A stretch of DNA of 64,000 bases. It comes from Dimorphilus gyrociliatus. Taxonomy: Eukaryota; Animalia; Annelida. A program made the translations under genes and the position numbers. This document shows, in pieces, positions 1-11,727 of this stretch. Below the pieces are notes generated by a model, which did not search any database, was not told the DNA's origin, and worked only from the letters and a program-made list of their open reading frames with translations. The stretch is taken from the NCBI GenBank assembly GCA_904063045.1, contig CAJFCJ010000059.1, positions 77,763 to 141,762 on the forward strand, in the 5' to 3' direction. Numbering within the stretch: the first letter of the stretch is position 1; each line of letters begins with the position of its first letter.

Positions 1-770
1 TAATGTTCGGTTGTGTGAATTAAATGAAGGACAAGGGAAATCTTTGGGGAAACTACTTAAAAAGTGTTCTAATTTGAAAAAGATAGATTTGTCTGGTATT
101 AATGTTATGGGTAAATCAATGAATGAAATATTTGAAGGATTGGAATCATCTTCAAATACATTGGAACATGTTAATGTTCGGTGTTGTGAATTAAATGAAG
201 AACAAGGGAAGTCTTTGGGAAAACTACATAAAACATGTTCTAATTTGAAAAACATAGATTTGTCTGGTAATAAAGTTATGGGTAAATCAATGAATGAAAT
301 ATTTGAAGGATTGGAATCATCTTCAAATACTTTGGAAAATGTTAATGTTGGGTGGTGTGAATTAAATGAAGAACAACTGAAATCTTTGGGAAAACTACTT
401 AAAAAGTGTTCTAATTTGAAAAAGATAGATTTGTCTGGTATTAATGTTATGGGTAAATCAATGAATGAAATATTTGAAGGATTGGAATCATCTTCAAAAA
501 CATTGGAATATGTTTATGTTGACTGGCGTAAATTAAATGAAGAACAAGGGAAATCTTTGGGGAAACTACTTAAAGTATGTTCTAATTTGAAAAACATAGA
601 TTTGTCATATATTACTGTTTTGGGTAAATCAATGAATGAAATATTTTAAGGATTGGAATTTTCTTGAAATAATTTGGAAAAAGTAGATTTTGACTGGTAT
701 AACTTAAATAAAGAACAAGGAAAATATTTGGGAAACTTCTTAAAACATGGTGGAAAGAAATGGCCATGAA
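1..770 (+). pseudogene. Ribonuclease-inhibitor-like LRR array (alternating 28/29-aa repeats, 171-bp period), 3' part with in-frame stops
   Basis: ORF 11..649 repeats CELNEEQGKSLGKLLKKCSNLKKIDLSG / INVMGKSMNEIFEGLESSSNTLEHVNV with repeat starts at 14 and 185. TAA at 647-649 replaces GAA, and the same frame continues GLEFS*NNLEKVDFDWYNLNKEQGK. The 5' end is outside the window. Confidence 0.85.
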
Positions 771-943
771 AGAAAATGTCTATTAATATAAATTTCATTT
801 TAATATAAATATATGTTGAAAAAGTTAACCTGGGGTAAAAGAAATTGTTAAATATATACTTAAAAAATGAAATATTCACAAAAAAAATCACTTAACTTTT
901 TCTATTAGCTTAATATTTTAGGAATTATATTTCTAAAAGGTAC

Positions 944-2217
944 AAGCAAGGTATATCAAAGAGGCTAATACAGTAACTCCGTATGGCTTAAATGAGGATC
1001 ATGGTTGCTACAGTACAACTATAGTACCACTAGTGGTCTACCATCCAAGTCCTTGGTATAAACTAAATAGAATACTTAAGGACCACTGGAGTGCTCTTAA
1101 TGATGACAGTCCACTGAAGGTGATTAGGCCTATTATTGCCTTGAAACCGGGGAGATCATTGGGTAGCCTTATAATAAAGGGAAGAACTGAAGGTCCACCT
1201 CAAGAGGATAATACCAACACTCTGAATCTAGTAGAATGTTGGCCATCCCCATGGTGGCATATTAAACAGTCTTCAATAAACCACATAACAAATTCTCTAT
1301 TGTGAATAACATAGAGAGCCTGGACAACAGCAATGACACAATTCTCACCATGGCCAATAGCTGGGTTGGGAATGATCAGGAGAGTAGTTTTGCAGGTATT
1401 AATCTCCTATTGGAGATACAGAGAGAAATTGACAGTGAATGAAAATTAATAGGGCTAGTTATTAGTTGAGTAGGGATTGAACACCTCTTTCATGGAGAAC
1501 AGGTTGTGGTAGTTGGCAGTGAACAAACAGTTCCCCAACAAAAACACCACATCTGGTTCTTATATCCTAACCCTAAGCTATAGCCCCCTAAAAAGATACA
1601 AATTAGTGAAAGTTTACAACTAACCCTAACCTAAGATAATGGAACCAACACTTAACTTTGCAGAGAGGAAGGTACAGACTGGATAGACATCAGACCTGTT
1701 CTGAACAATTGTTAAATAAAAAATGGGGTAATTTATGGGGAGACACCTCTCTATGAGAGAACAGATGGTTGACAGTTTAACATGGGTCTACTGACCTTAT
1801 GCTACATAGTACCCTAAGGATATATATATATCAATGAGTTAGTTTTGATCCAAAAAAATCAGTGCTGTGGCAAAAATGTCCCAAATCTGGGCCATTTAGG
1901 AGTTTCATTATGCATCATCCTAGATGTTTCAATTTTGTTGGAGGTGATAGAGCTCGAAAAGAGCTTTTCACTGATATCCTACACAACCATGTAGCTCTTA
2001 CAGTTCAGGAGTGGCTGAGCTTGGGAAATCGAAAATTTTCCAAGTTTGGGTAGAAAAATAAAAGATATTTTTTTTTATCTTTCTGACATAGGGGCAAGCT
2101 TGGATTCAAGTTTGAAAGCAATCTGACGATTTTGAAAAATTGGCCTTCACTGAGGCTCTGGACTTCTGAAAATCATTAATTTTGTAAGTTCATTGTCAGG
2201 TTAATTACCTGTTAAAA
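944..2217 (+). mobile_element. Old, 5'-truncated dispersed copy of the Penelope-like element found at 52110-64000 (end of EN, C-terminal segment, part of 3' UTR)
   Basis: Collinear with ~53564-55035 (e.g. NTVTPYGLNEDHGCYSTTIVPLVVYHPSPW), with a frameshift near 1265, two internal deletions and many CpG>TpG/CpA changes. Confidence 0.9.
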
Positions 2218-2557
2218 CAGGGTGTTGTTGAAAATGCCCACTGTTCTTGTTGAAAACCCTAACTGTGCTTTTTGAAAATGCCCACTATGCCTAACTATTA
2301 CACCAAAATTACAAAAGTTGTTTAATTACATTTGAAGTGAAAACATTTTAATAATAGACAGTGAAAAAAATTATTTTTTACATGTGTATTAAAGAATTGT
2401 AATAGAATTATTTAGAGTAGAAGCATTGACAGCAGACAGCTTTAAACATGATAAATTGCTGAATTTTTTTTCAAAATTTTCTTCTTCATGCTTGCATAGA
2501 TTTTTTTTGTATCCTACAAATCTTTTTTTCTGACAGTAGCTTTTGATAAATGTCATG

Positions 2558-2848
2558 TACTGATCTTGCTGGCAAAATCTATGCCTTTGCATAGTTCTAC
2601 TCAAACCATTTAAATGAATGTTTAAATTAAAACAGTTTATTCGCAAATAATAATACTTAAGCAAGTAACAAGCTGGGAGTTCAATAGCAGAGTAGATAGT
2701 TCATAATATCAGGTCGCCAAATTACCAAACTGTCTTCCTATGTTGAGGAGTGGATGGATGGTTCCAGTGGAGGTTGTTTTCAGGTTATCTTCCCAAGTCC
2801 TTGGGTCCAGATGGAAGCTGCATGCAGAATGAGAATAATGAGTCTACA
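2558..2848 (-). pseudogene. Decayed fragment of Gypsy env-like gene, homologous to 11065-11360
   Basis: Direct nucleotide similarity to 11065-11360 (e.g. ccttgggtccagatggaagctgcatgc, ccaaattaccaaactgtcttc); stops in the env frame. Confidence 0.75.
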
Positions 2849-3294
2849 CTTATGAACTATAGTTTATAGATATTTTATAAATGATACTTACTATATGGTA
2901 AAAGTGTTGAAGTAGATGTTGCCTCTAGGGTAGATGGTACCGAACTGCCACAATCAACCCCTTTTATAGGCAAAGGATAAGATGTTACATAACAAACATG
3001 TTGACAACAACAACAAAGGTTTATTTACATAAATATAATGTAAGAATTGACCCTTGATGGGTAACCTACACAAAGTTGTTGTTTACATCACTATTGCATA
3101 ATATGACAACCCTTGACCCTATTTGTTGTGAATAATCCTTATCTGGGGTTAGACCCTTGTTGTTGACAGCCAAGGCATAAACAACTGATAAGGAATTGTA
3201 TAAAAGCAGGGTGTAGGCAGTAACAGGCATTTAGTCCTGAATCAACTCCCTTAGTGAACAGGTCTAGTATTAATTTAGAATACAGTTTTATTAT

Positions 3295-3897
3295 TGTACT
3301 TTGTTGTATTGTAATTGCAGGAATTTCTGCTTCTTCAGAACAGTATTTGTCCTTTCCAATCATTTATCAATTTACTAAAGTACTGGTCCAATTAGAACCT
3401 TTCAAGTTCATCTACAAATAGTCATAACAAATGTAATTTTGGTGGAAATAATTCAACAAAATACTAGTATTTTGTCCAAAGAATATGTATTGAGTAAATG
3501 AGTTTCTAGTTCTAAACAAGTAAGTTTAAACAACCAGTTAACAGTTAAAGAACTGAACTGACAAGCTGGGGAAATGCATTTCCTTTTATACATTTCCAAA
3601 GCTGGGTTCAAGTGGTCAAAGGATTACAAAGTTGAAATCTGACTGTCTCATAATTCCCAAGTAGCCACCATCTGTTACAGTCAAGAGTCTATTTCTTACA
3701 AAATAGAGTTCTTTCTACAGTACTAAAAGCTAACACTACGAAATAAAAGTCTTTCTAAAGTTCCACCACTATAATCGCTACAAAATATAAGTAATTCTAT
3801 AATTGCACCAGTCTAATTCTTATAAAATAGAAGTCTTTCTAATGTAACCTTATATCTAAAGTCTAAGTATTGATATATCATTATATCTAAGTGCACA
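3295..3897 (-). repeat. Gypsy 3' LTR (family C, ~603 bp, TGTGCAC...AAGTACA on minus strand)
   Basis: TG...CA termini. Preceded on the minus strand by purine tract AAAAGGGTGGGA and an env C-terminus. Its 3' part resembles 8348-8610 and 33090-33350; its 5' part resembles fragments at 18355-18460 and 19590-19692. Confidence 0.75.
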
Positions 3898-3911
3898 GAT
3901 ATCCCACCCTT

Positions 3912-4150
3912 TTAAGACCTTGCTTCCACGAAAGGTCTGGGACCTGTCACAATGACTCTATTACCTTCTTTTGAATATGTTGGATAGTTTTGAAGAGGTA
4001 TTGCTTCTTTGTCAATTTCCATAGTTGAGTATGTTGGAATCTGTAATTCTTCTTGTTGTATACTTGGAGCTGTTGGTTTGGCTTTCCTTCTTTCTTTGGA
4101 AAAGACAATTGCAAGTCTTCTAATTGATGCTAATGAGAAACCTAATACTA
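3912..4150 (-). pseudogene. C-terminal (cytoplasmic) tail of a Gypsy env-like gene
   Basis: Minus strand translates ...KPTAPSIQQEELQIPTYSTMEIDKEAIPLQNYPTYSKEGNRVIVTGPRPFVEARS*, matching ELQNYPMFRKSGDNIIVTSPRPFMEARS* at 9296-9390. Confidence 0.75.
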
Positions 4151-7100
4151 CTTTGCTGAGACCCTATTCTGGTAGGAAAGATACTTGGGCCTTTAAGAGG
4201 AACTTTCAAACAGCTTGTGAATTAAACCTTTGGGATACAGAAGAGAAAAGAGTTTGAATGCTGAGAAAATACACTACTGGAAGAGCCAGAGATGTTATTG
4301 AAAGTTTACCCTCCATGGCAAATGAAAATGAAATTTGGGATGCATTGGATGAAGAATTTAATCCAGATCCTATGGCTTACAAAAAAGAAATTGATAGATT
4401 GAGACAGTTCAATGATGAAACTGTCCAAAGTTTTGTTAGAAGAAGTAAAGAACTTGTGGAAAAATTCCTACCATTCAATACTAATGAAATGGCTTGTGTT
4501 ACTGAAAGAGTTAGAGAACTTCAACTGTTAACTGTATTCAGGAATGGTCTTAAAGGAAAAATTGTTAATCATGTGGAAAAAGATGGAAAGATTAACTCAG
4601 TTAATCAGTATATTAAATTGGCAAAAAGAGCAGAAATATTTTTTGATAATGCAAGAAAAGAAAGTGAAAATGAATTCAAACAGTACAAAAGGAGATTTGA
4701 CAACAATCAGAGTAACTCAAATCAAAATGAACATACATTTAAACCTTTTTCTCAAAATAGATTTCAACAACAAAGAAATGGAAATGCAGGAAATAATGAA
4801 AAAGGCAGCTTTAACAGACTAATACATGTTGGACCTGATGAACCTAATGAAACTGAAATTTCTAAAGGAAGAATGGCAATATTTAATCTCAAAGAAGAGA
4901 AAATCGCACATTTTAAGTGTACTTCTTTGGTAAAAGGCAGAAAAGATTTCCAATTTCGAATGAAAAATCATAATGGAAGAGAGGTTATTGCTTTATGTGA
5001 TTCAGGAGCACTTTTGTCATTTATTACAGAAAAAGAAATCAGGTTAATGGATTCTAAATTCATCAAGAAAGAAACTACTGGCTTACCAATCATCACTTCA
5101 GCAGAGGGAAATGCTTTAGAGACAAAAGGAAAAGCAAAACTGAATATTCAATTTAATGGAAGAATTATGGAACAAGAATTCTTTATTATGGAAAAACTAG
5201 ATATGGCTATAATACTAGGTTGTGATTTCTTAGAAAATGCTGGAGCTCTTATTGATTTTGCAACAAAACAAGTTTCTCTTCCATTCTTTATCAGAAAAGG
5301 ACAACCAGTTAGAAAGTTTTTGCAATATAACGAAAATCGCCAAACAAAATTTGGAAAACAAGGCAGTGTAAAAAAAGTAACTGTTGGAATGATGGGACAG
5401 TATTTTGAAGATTCTGACACTCCATCTGAAGTTTTTGATACTCCATCTGAAGTTTCAGATTGTGTGGACTCAGAAATGGAAGTTACTGATCCAGATACTG
5501 GCTATGATACAAGCAACACTCATGGTTCAAGCATAGTTTATGAGGGATTCAATGGTTTTGATTCAAATAGCAATTATGGCACAGATGAAAGTTCCAGTAC
5601 TTCTGAAAATTATGATACAGAAACAAGTATTGAATCAGATCACAGCCCAGACTCAGATTTGGATATAATCAATGGTACAAGATCATCTGAAGATGAAATT
5701 AGTGATTCAACTGATTCTGATAATGGTTCAATGATTGTTAAAGACTCATCTGAAGAAGAGCTTGATAACATAACTGAGCCTGATAATGATTCAATGATTG
5801 TTATAGACTCATCTGAAGAAGAGACCAGTAACACAATTGAGTCTGACAATGATTCCATAATGGTTATAGACTCATCTGATGAAGAGACTGGAAACACACC
5901 GGAGTCTGACAATGGCTCAGTTATTTTCATAAATTCATCTGAAGAAGAAATTGAAATTACATCTGAAGACTTAGCTACAGAAATGGAAATGAAACCACAA
6001 TACATAGAAATAGAAGATGGAATAAGTATCAAAGTGGAAAAAGAACAAAAGAAACCTCCAGTAACTCCTGAAATAGAAGAATTACAGTTGGAAAGTATTG
6101 AATTTGAACATTTGTCTAATCAAAATGTACACAATATTAATTCAAATACACTAGAAATTGACAATTATTTACATGTGTCCAAAAATAATCTTGACAAGAA
6201 CAGAGAAGAATTAAAAGAAATGATAAAGAATTATGAAGATATTATTGCTACAAATCAGAATGACATTGGTTCACCAGATGTTCCACCAATGGCAATTGAA
6301 TTATTGGAAGATATAAAGCCTTTCAAACAAAGACCATACAGATTGCCACCCAACAAACAGCAGGAATGCAGGGATCAATTAAATGGATTATTGAAAATGG
6401 TCTAATTAGAGCAAGCAAAAGCCAATGGGCTTCACCCATTGTTTTTGTGAAAAAGAAAGAAGGAACATTAAGAATGTGTGTGGATTACAGAAAACTTAAC
6501 AAGCAATCAAAAAAGAATTGTTATCCAATCCCACATCAGGAAGATTTATTTGATAAGCTTGGAGGAGGCCACAAATATTTTTCTATATTGGATTTAACAA
6601 GTGCATTTCATCATATTCCAATCAAAGAAGAAGATAAGGAGAAAACTGCTTTTATTACACCATTTGGTTTATTTGAATTCAACTGCATGCTATGTGGTTT
6701 GGCAAATGCACCTTCACACTTCAGCTATACATGGCAAATTTTGTTATTAATGGATTGGAAAACTTCTGCATTAATTATATGGATGATATTATAGTTTTTA
6801 CCAAAACATTGGAAGAACACTTTGTAGCTCTACAGAAACTTATGGAAAGAATCAAGGAAAAAGACTTTAGAATTAAACTGAGCAAATGTGCATTCCTACA
6901 AGAATCAGTTCAATTCCTTGGTCATAGAATTACACAGAATGGTATTGAAACTGATCCTGAAAAGATTCAGAAAATAAAAGATGCCAAATTACCTATGTTT
7001 GCAAATACTCTGTTGAGTTTTGTGGCATTTTGTGGTTATTACAGAAGATTTGTTAAAGATTTTGCAAAAATCACAAAACCTTTGAGAGAATTATTAAAAG

Positions 7101-7753
7101 TACACCAAAAGACAGAAAAACTGAAATGGACAAAAAAAGCAGAGGAAACTTATGAAACACTAAGGAATGCAATGACAGAGCCCCCAATCCTTCAATTGCC
7201 AGACTTTACTAAATCATTCTATTTAACAACAGATGCTTCTAATTATGCAGTTGGTGCAGTTCTAGAACAAGAATGGGAAGAAGATGGAAAGAAAATAAGA
7301 AAACCAATTTCTTTTGCTTCCAAGCTCCTAATCAATACACAACTAAGATATGCAGCTTATCAAAAAGAGGCTTTTGCAGTATATTGGGCAGTACAAAAAT
7401 TCTCCCATTATCTACAGTATAAGAAATTTTTTCTCTACACTGATCACCAAAATTTGGTACAAACATTTGTACAAAACAAACTGAATACAAGTACTGTTAA
7501 ATGGGTGATGGCACTTATGGATATGGATTTTGAAATAATATACATACCAGGAAGAACTAATAGAGCAGACTGGATATCAAGAATTGGTGAAACTCATGAA
7601 GTAATTGATTTTCATAATTTACTTAAGGAAAGATTAAATGAAGAAAAACAAAATGGCAATACAGTTCCCCAATTAGCAGAAAGAAAGGATATGCTTAAAT
7701 GCTTTTATATTGATACAGAGGACTTAGAAGAATTAGATGACCTCGACATTTAA
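4150..7753 (+). mobile_element. Ty3/Gypsy gag-pol (Gag, aspartic protease, acidic spacer, RT, RNase H), disrupted; integrase absent
   Basis: Gag-like PYSGRKDTWAFKRNFQTACELNLWD followed by a stop at 4255. Protease ALCDSGA...ILGCDFL. RT PYRLP...WASPIVFVKKKEGTLRMCVDYRKLN, LDLTSAFHHI, NYMDDII. RNase H TTDASNYAVGAVL. Frameshifts near 6385 and 6740; ends at 7753 with no IN. Confidence 0.93.
5690..5950 (+). repeat. In-frame 63-bp (21-aa) acidic tandem repeat between protease and RT
   Basis: GACTCATCTGAAGAAGAG-type units ~63 bp apart, encoding MIVKDSSEEE, MIVIDSSEEE, IMVIDSSDEE, VIFINSSEEE. Confidence 0.85.
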
Positions 7754-7835
7754 AACAATTTCCAAGAGAAAAGATTTTTTCAAAATATTTTCAAAAAATT
7801 TTTTGAAAAAATCTTTTATTATTTCCTACCTACTC

Positions 7836-7897
7836 AACCTACCTTGGTTTCGTCCCCCTCTCTACTAAATTTTTAAACCTGGGACTCATCAGGGTCT
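7836..7897 (-). ncRNA. Dispersed minimal type I hammerhead ribozyme
   Basis: Minus strand: GACC-CUGAUGA-GUCCC...GGGAC-GAAAC-CAAG-GUA-GGUU (stem I GACC/GGUU, stem II GUCCC/GGGAC, 2-bp stem III). CCTAACCCTAACC lies ~35 nt upstream on the same strand (7929-7941). Confidence 0.8.
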
Positions 7898-8169
7898 ACT
7901 ATGCTAAATGAAAGAGAGGTTTGAGAGGTTAGGGTTAGGTAAATTTTTGAGAATCTTAATTAGAAGTTTCTCTCCAGATTTTTGATTTATTTGTTTGTTG
8001 ATAAAGATTCTTGTGGGGTAAAATTATAAATAAAAAATAAAAAATAAAAGTACATAATAGTTTAAAACTTTTAAAATAACAAGGTATATAGAAGGAAGAA
8101 TATATGGGCTTGAATAAAATGTAAGATAAAAAGAATAGTAATTTGAGTTGATATCTCTCCTACCAGTTG

Positions 8170-8320
8170 GAAAGAATATGACAGAAAATGGCCCCAACAG
8201 AAAACAGACCCAACAGAAAGCAGCCACAAATCAACAGAAAACAGCCTCAACTTGAACAGAAAATGGCCCCAACTGGAACAGAAAACGACCCCAACTGAGA
8301 CAGAAAATGGCCACAGGATT
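8170..8320 (+). repeat. Short tandem repeats ACAGAAAATGGCCCCAA, likely MULE subterminal repeats
   Basis: About 6 imperfect copies; related motifs at ~23000, 30395-30435, 30565-30650 and (inverted) 34945-35035 flank MULE ORFs. Confidence 0.55.
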
Positions 8321-8347
8321 CTTCAACCTAAAATATATAAAACAAGA

Positions 8348-9281
8348 TGTACTTTGTTGTATTGTAATTGTAGGAATTTCTGGTTCGTCACAACTGTAAT
8401 CGTCCTTTCCAATCATTTACCAACTTGCCAAAGTACTGGTCCAAATAGAACCTTTAAAGTTCATCCACAAATAGTCTAACAAAGGCAATTTCGGTAGAAA
8501 TTGATTAACAAAACACCAGTATTTCGTCCAAAGAATATGTATTGAGTAAAATGAGCTTCTAGTTCTAAACAAGCTAGTTTAAACAACTAGCTGACGGTTA
8601 GAAAACTGAACTATCAACTGTTAATTTCCTAGGGTTTATATACTCTTTTAAGGGTTGATAGTTCACAAATTTCAATGTTCACAAAAACAAAAGTAACATT
8701 TGAAGACAAAGAAAAGTTCTAAATATGGTCATGTTTTTATTGTTTTCCTCTTCTAAATAATAGTTGAATTTCGAAGGTTGGAGAGTTGCATAAGATGTAA
8801 CAATTTTAGTAGGACAAGTCCAACAATGAAGAAAACATGTAGATTATATATTTGACAGTTTTTATATTCTACCTTAATAATGATATTCAATTGATTGAGT
8901 TAGTAAATTTAGCATCAGCATATAAGGAGGAAGTATATCTGATTAATGCATGTTAAAAGAACAGTATTGTGTATACAATACTGTTGAATAGTGAATATAA
9001 TCTAAACTTAGAATTTAAGCATAATTGATAATTAATTGAACTAGTTTTAGTTCGAAATCATAAATTTATGGATTAATAAATTGTAATATTAATGCTAGGT
9101 TGCAAATAGCAAATATTCTTTATATAATTTAATAGGTTTTATTGCTGCATAATGTGTATGCACTGTCCTATGCAAAACTAGGTCACTACTGCTTATCTTT
9201 ATCAGTGCTATCTGCATAGTACAATACTGGTTCAATACTACTTCTCTATTGTAGAATATAGCTGATGAATGTATGTGTACA
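8348..9281 (-). repeat. Gypsy 3' LTR (family B, 934 bp, TGTACAC...AAGTACA)
   Basis: Near-identical reverse complement of 32416-33350. TG...CA ends. Polypurine tract AAAGGAGTGGGA immediately upstream on the minus strand (9282-9298). Confidence 0.9.
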
Positions 9282-9295
9282 AACATCCCACTCCT

Positions 9296-11400
9296 TTAAG
9301 ACCTTGCTTCCATGAAAGGTCTAGGACTTGTGACAATTATGTTATCACCACTTTTTCTGAACATAGGATAATTTTGCAGTTCTATTTCTTCTGATTCAGC
9401 TGTTGGAGCTGAAGGTAATCTTTTTGTTTTTGTAGTAGTTTAGATAGTCTGGTAAATTGAACTCTTTTCAGTTTTTTCTTCCAAATAAAGTAAATGAAGA
9501 ATCCAATTCCAATCAAGAGTATAATTGGCACAAGTGTATCTATTAGAATTTTGAAAGGTTTTCTTATCCATGAAGAAAATAGATGTTGTGTTGGTGACAA
9601 GGCTGCATCAATTCCTAAATCATTTGCAAAGTTAATATGCTCTCTATGCTTAGTCAAAGTATCCTGTATGTATTCCAAAACTTGTTGTATCTGATAATGT
9701 TTCTTGCCCACATCTTCTTTTATACCTAGTTGTAATAATTCTGTGAGTCTGACAACTTCTAGTTTTGGTTCTTCAATTTGACTGTTGATTTTCATTCTGA
9801 TTGATTGTGCTGCTGCTGTTTGGAACCTGCATCCTTTCCTTGTATAATTGATAAATGTCTTCTTGCCAGAATGTATGGCATATTGATTTTGTTCTGCATC
9901 CAAAGGATTTTTCTTGGTCTTGAAGAGATGCTGAGTTTGGTCACATGTACCATATCTTATGTCTTCTTTTGTGATGTGGTAAGCATGATGAAGTATTGGA
10001 TCAATTGAGAATAGGAGATCTTTATATTTGATCAGAAATTCTTTTGAACATAATCCATTTTTTGTTATAATTGTTGTGTCACAAACTACTTGAACAGTTT
10101 TTAATTCTGTACATGTATTGAGGGTTGTTAGATCTCCTAACCATGTACTATGGGTTCCATGTTTAGATCCAAGTATTGTTGGTAGTTGAGGTGATAGTGG
10201 TGTAAGTAGGGCTATCATCTTGTTTCTCATGATAAATTCTTTGCATAAAAGTTGTGAAACTTGTTTAAAAACTGTTTGTAAATTTTGAAAATTTTTGTCA
10301 ATATTGTTTAGTAGTGCAGCTGTTCTTATAGCATCTTTTATATTTATTTGGTGTGATTCTGGAATCTCCATGTTTTCTAATTGTTTCCTCTTCCATTTGT
10401 GATTTATTGGTTTTCTTTGTAAAAGTGTATATTTGCCATTTTCTGTATGAATTTGAAATTGTGTATCTTTTGGGCTTTGATACCAAATGTTCATGTTTGG
10501 GAGTGGGTTGAAAGTAACTGGTTTTTTGTCCAATTCAAAATCTTGTAATCTTACTAGTCTGGCAGGTTTTAGCTTTGTTGTTTTCAGCATTTTTAGTATA
10601 TATTTGTTGTGAATATCCCAGATGTCTGGAGAAATAATTTCTTTGACAAACCAAGTCCTCACTAATGGTGTTGCATGATTTTTTATCAGCATATGGTAGG
10701 TTTTGTCACCATCTCTATACCAATCATTATATGTTAAAATATCTTGTATTTCTGTGACATTGGCCTTTCTTAGTGATGATTTCTTTCCAATATATTTCTC
10801 CAATCTATTAACTTCTTTTTTTGAAATGATCTTGTATTTTGTATCCTCTATTATTTTATTGTCAGCATAATTAGAATTTGTAAGATCAGTTCTAAGTAAG
10901 TCATATTCTTTCTGGGGTACCAATACTCTGGTATCAGGACCACCATATCCTTTGATATATCTGTCTTGGTAAGGTAAATCCATTATTGCATAGTTGGGGC
11001 AGGAAAAATATCCTCCAAGTTTTACACATTCCACATTATGGGAAACTATTTTCCATGGTGATGTACTGCTCTTGCTGGCAAAATCTATGCGTTTGCAAGT
11101 TATAACAATACTGGTTCTACTCAAACCTTTAAACAAATGTTTAAATTAAAATGGTTTATTCGCAATAATAATACTTAAGCAAGTAACAATATGAGAGTTC
11201 GATAGCAGAGTAGATAGTTTGTAAAAGCAGGTTGCCAAATTACCAAACTGTCTTCTAATGTTGAGGAGTAGATGGATGGTTCCAGTGGAGGTTGTTTCCA
11301 GATGATTTTCCCAGGTCCTTGGGTCCAGATGGAAGCTGCATGCCAAATGAGAATAATGAGGATTTATATACTTTGAGGTTTGTCTCTGACATCCAATCAT
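9296..11400 (-). pseudogene. Gypsy env-like glycoprotein B (C-terminal two-thirds, with TM helix), frameshifted
   Basis: ORF 9382..11136 has Cys-rich ectodomain and TM ILIDTLVPIILLIGIGFFIYFIW followed by KKK. Aligns by eye along its length with 11728..13584 (SPWKIVSHNVECVKLGGYFSCP vs SPWIKISNRISCIKFAGHYSCP). Frameshifts near 9460 and 11150. Confidence 0.8.
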
Positions 11401-11451
11401 CACTTTACAGTTGCCGAAATGTGTAGTTCATATTTATCTTTAGTAACAGGA

Positions 11452-11696
11452 TGTTACAAGGTTCAACATTTAGGAAGGTTAATTGAATTATAACTTGGCC
11501 ACACCCTAGGCAAGTTAATTAAATTATAACTTGGCCAAACCTTTATTGGTAATTAAAGATGAGCCTTCAAGCTGACTAATCAGACTTATGTTTGGCCAAT
11601 GTTATAGCATTTTCTTGCGTAGGTTTTAAGATGTACATGTATATGTTGCATAAAATAATAGAGTTCAAGCATGTAAAATATAACCAAAGTTGTACA
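11452..11696 (-). repeat. Putative short 3' LTR of the env-A element
   Basis: Minus strand after the env-A stop reads AAGAAGGGGGAAGT (PPT), then TGTACAAC..., AATAAA, ...CCTTGTAACA. No second copy seen in the window. Confidence 0.5.
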
Positions 11697-11727
11697 ACTT
11701 CCCCCTTCTTTGTGAAGATGAGTCCCT

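Noticed and set aside
4830-4860. CTGATGA...GAAAC inside gag (also CTGATGA at ~5875, ~9262, ~33722)
   Set aside because: No pairing stems; chance matches in coding or LTR sequence.
9095-9286. Repeated 63-86 aa ORFs (9095, 14433, 32342) ending YKEYLLFAT
   Set aside because: They are the same LTR sequence read from alternative start codons supplied by flanks; no protein signature.
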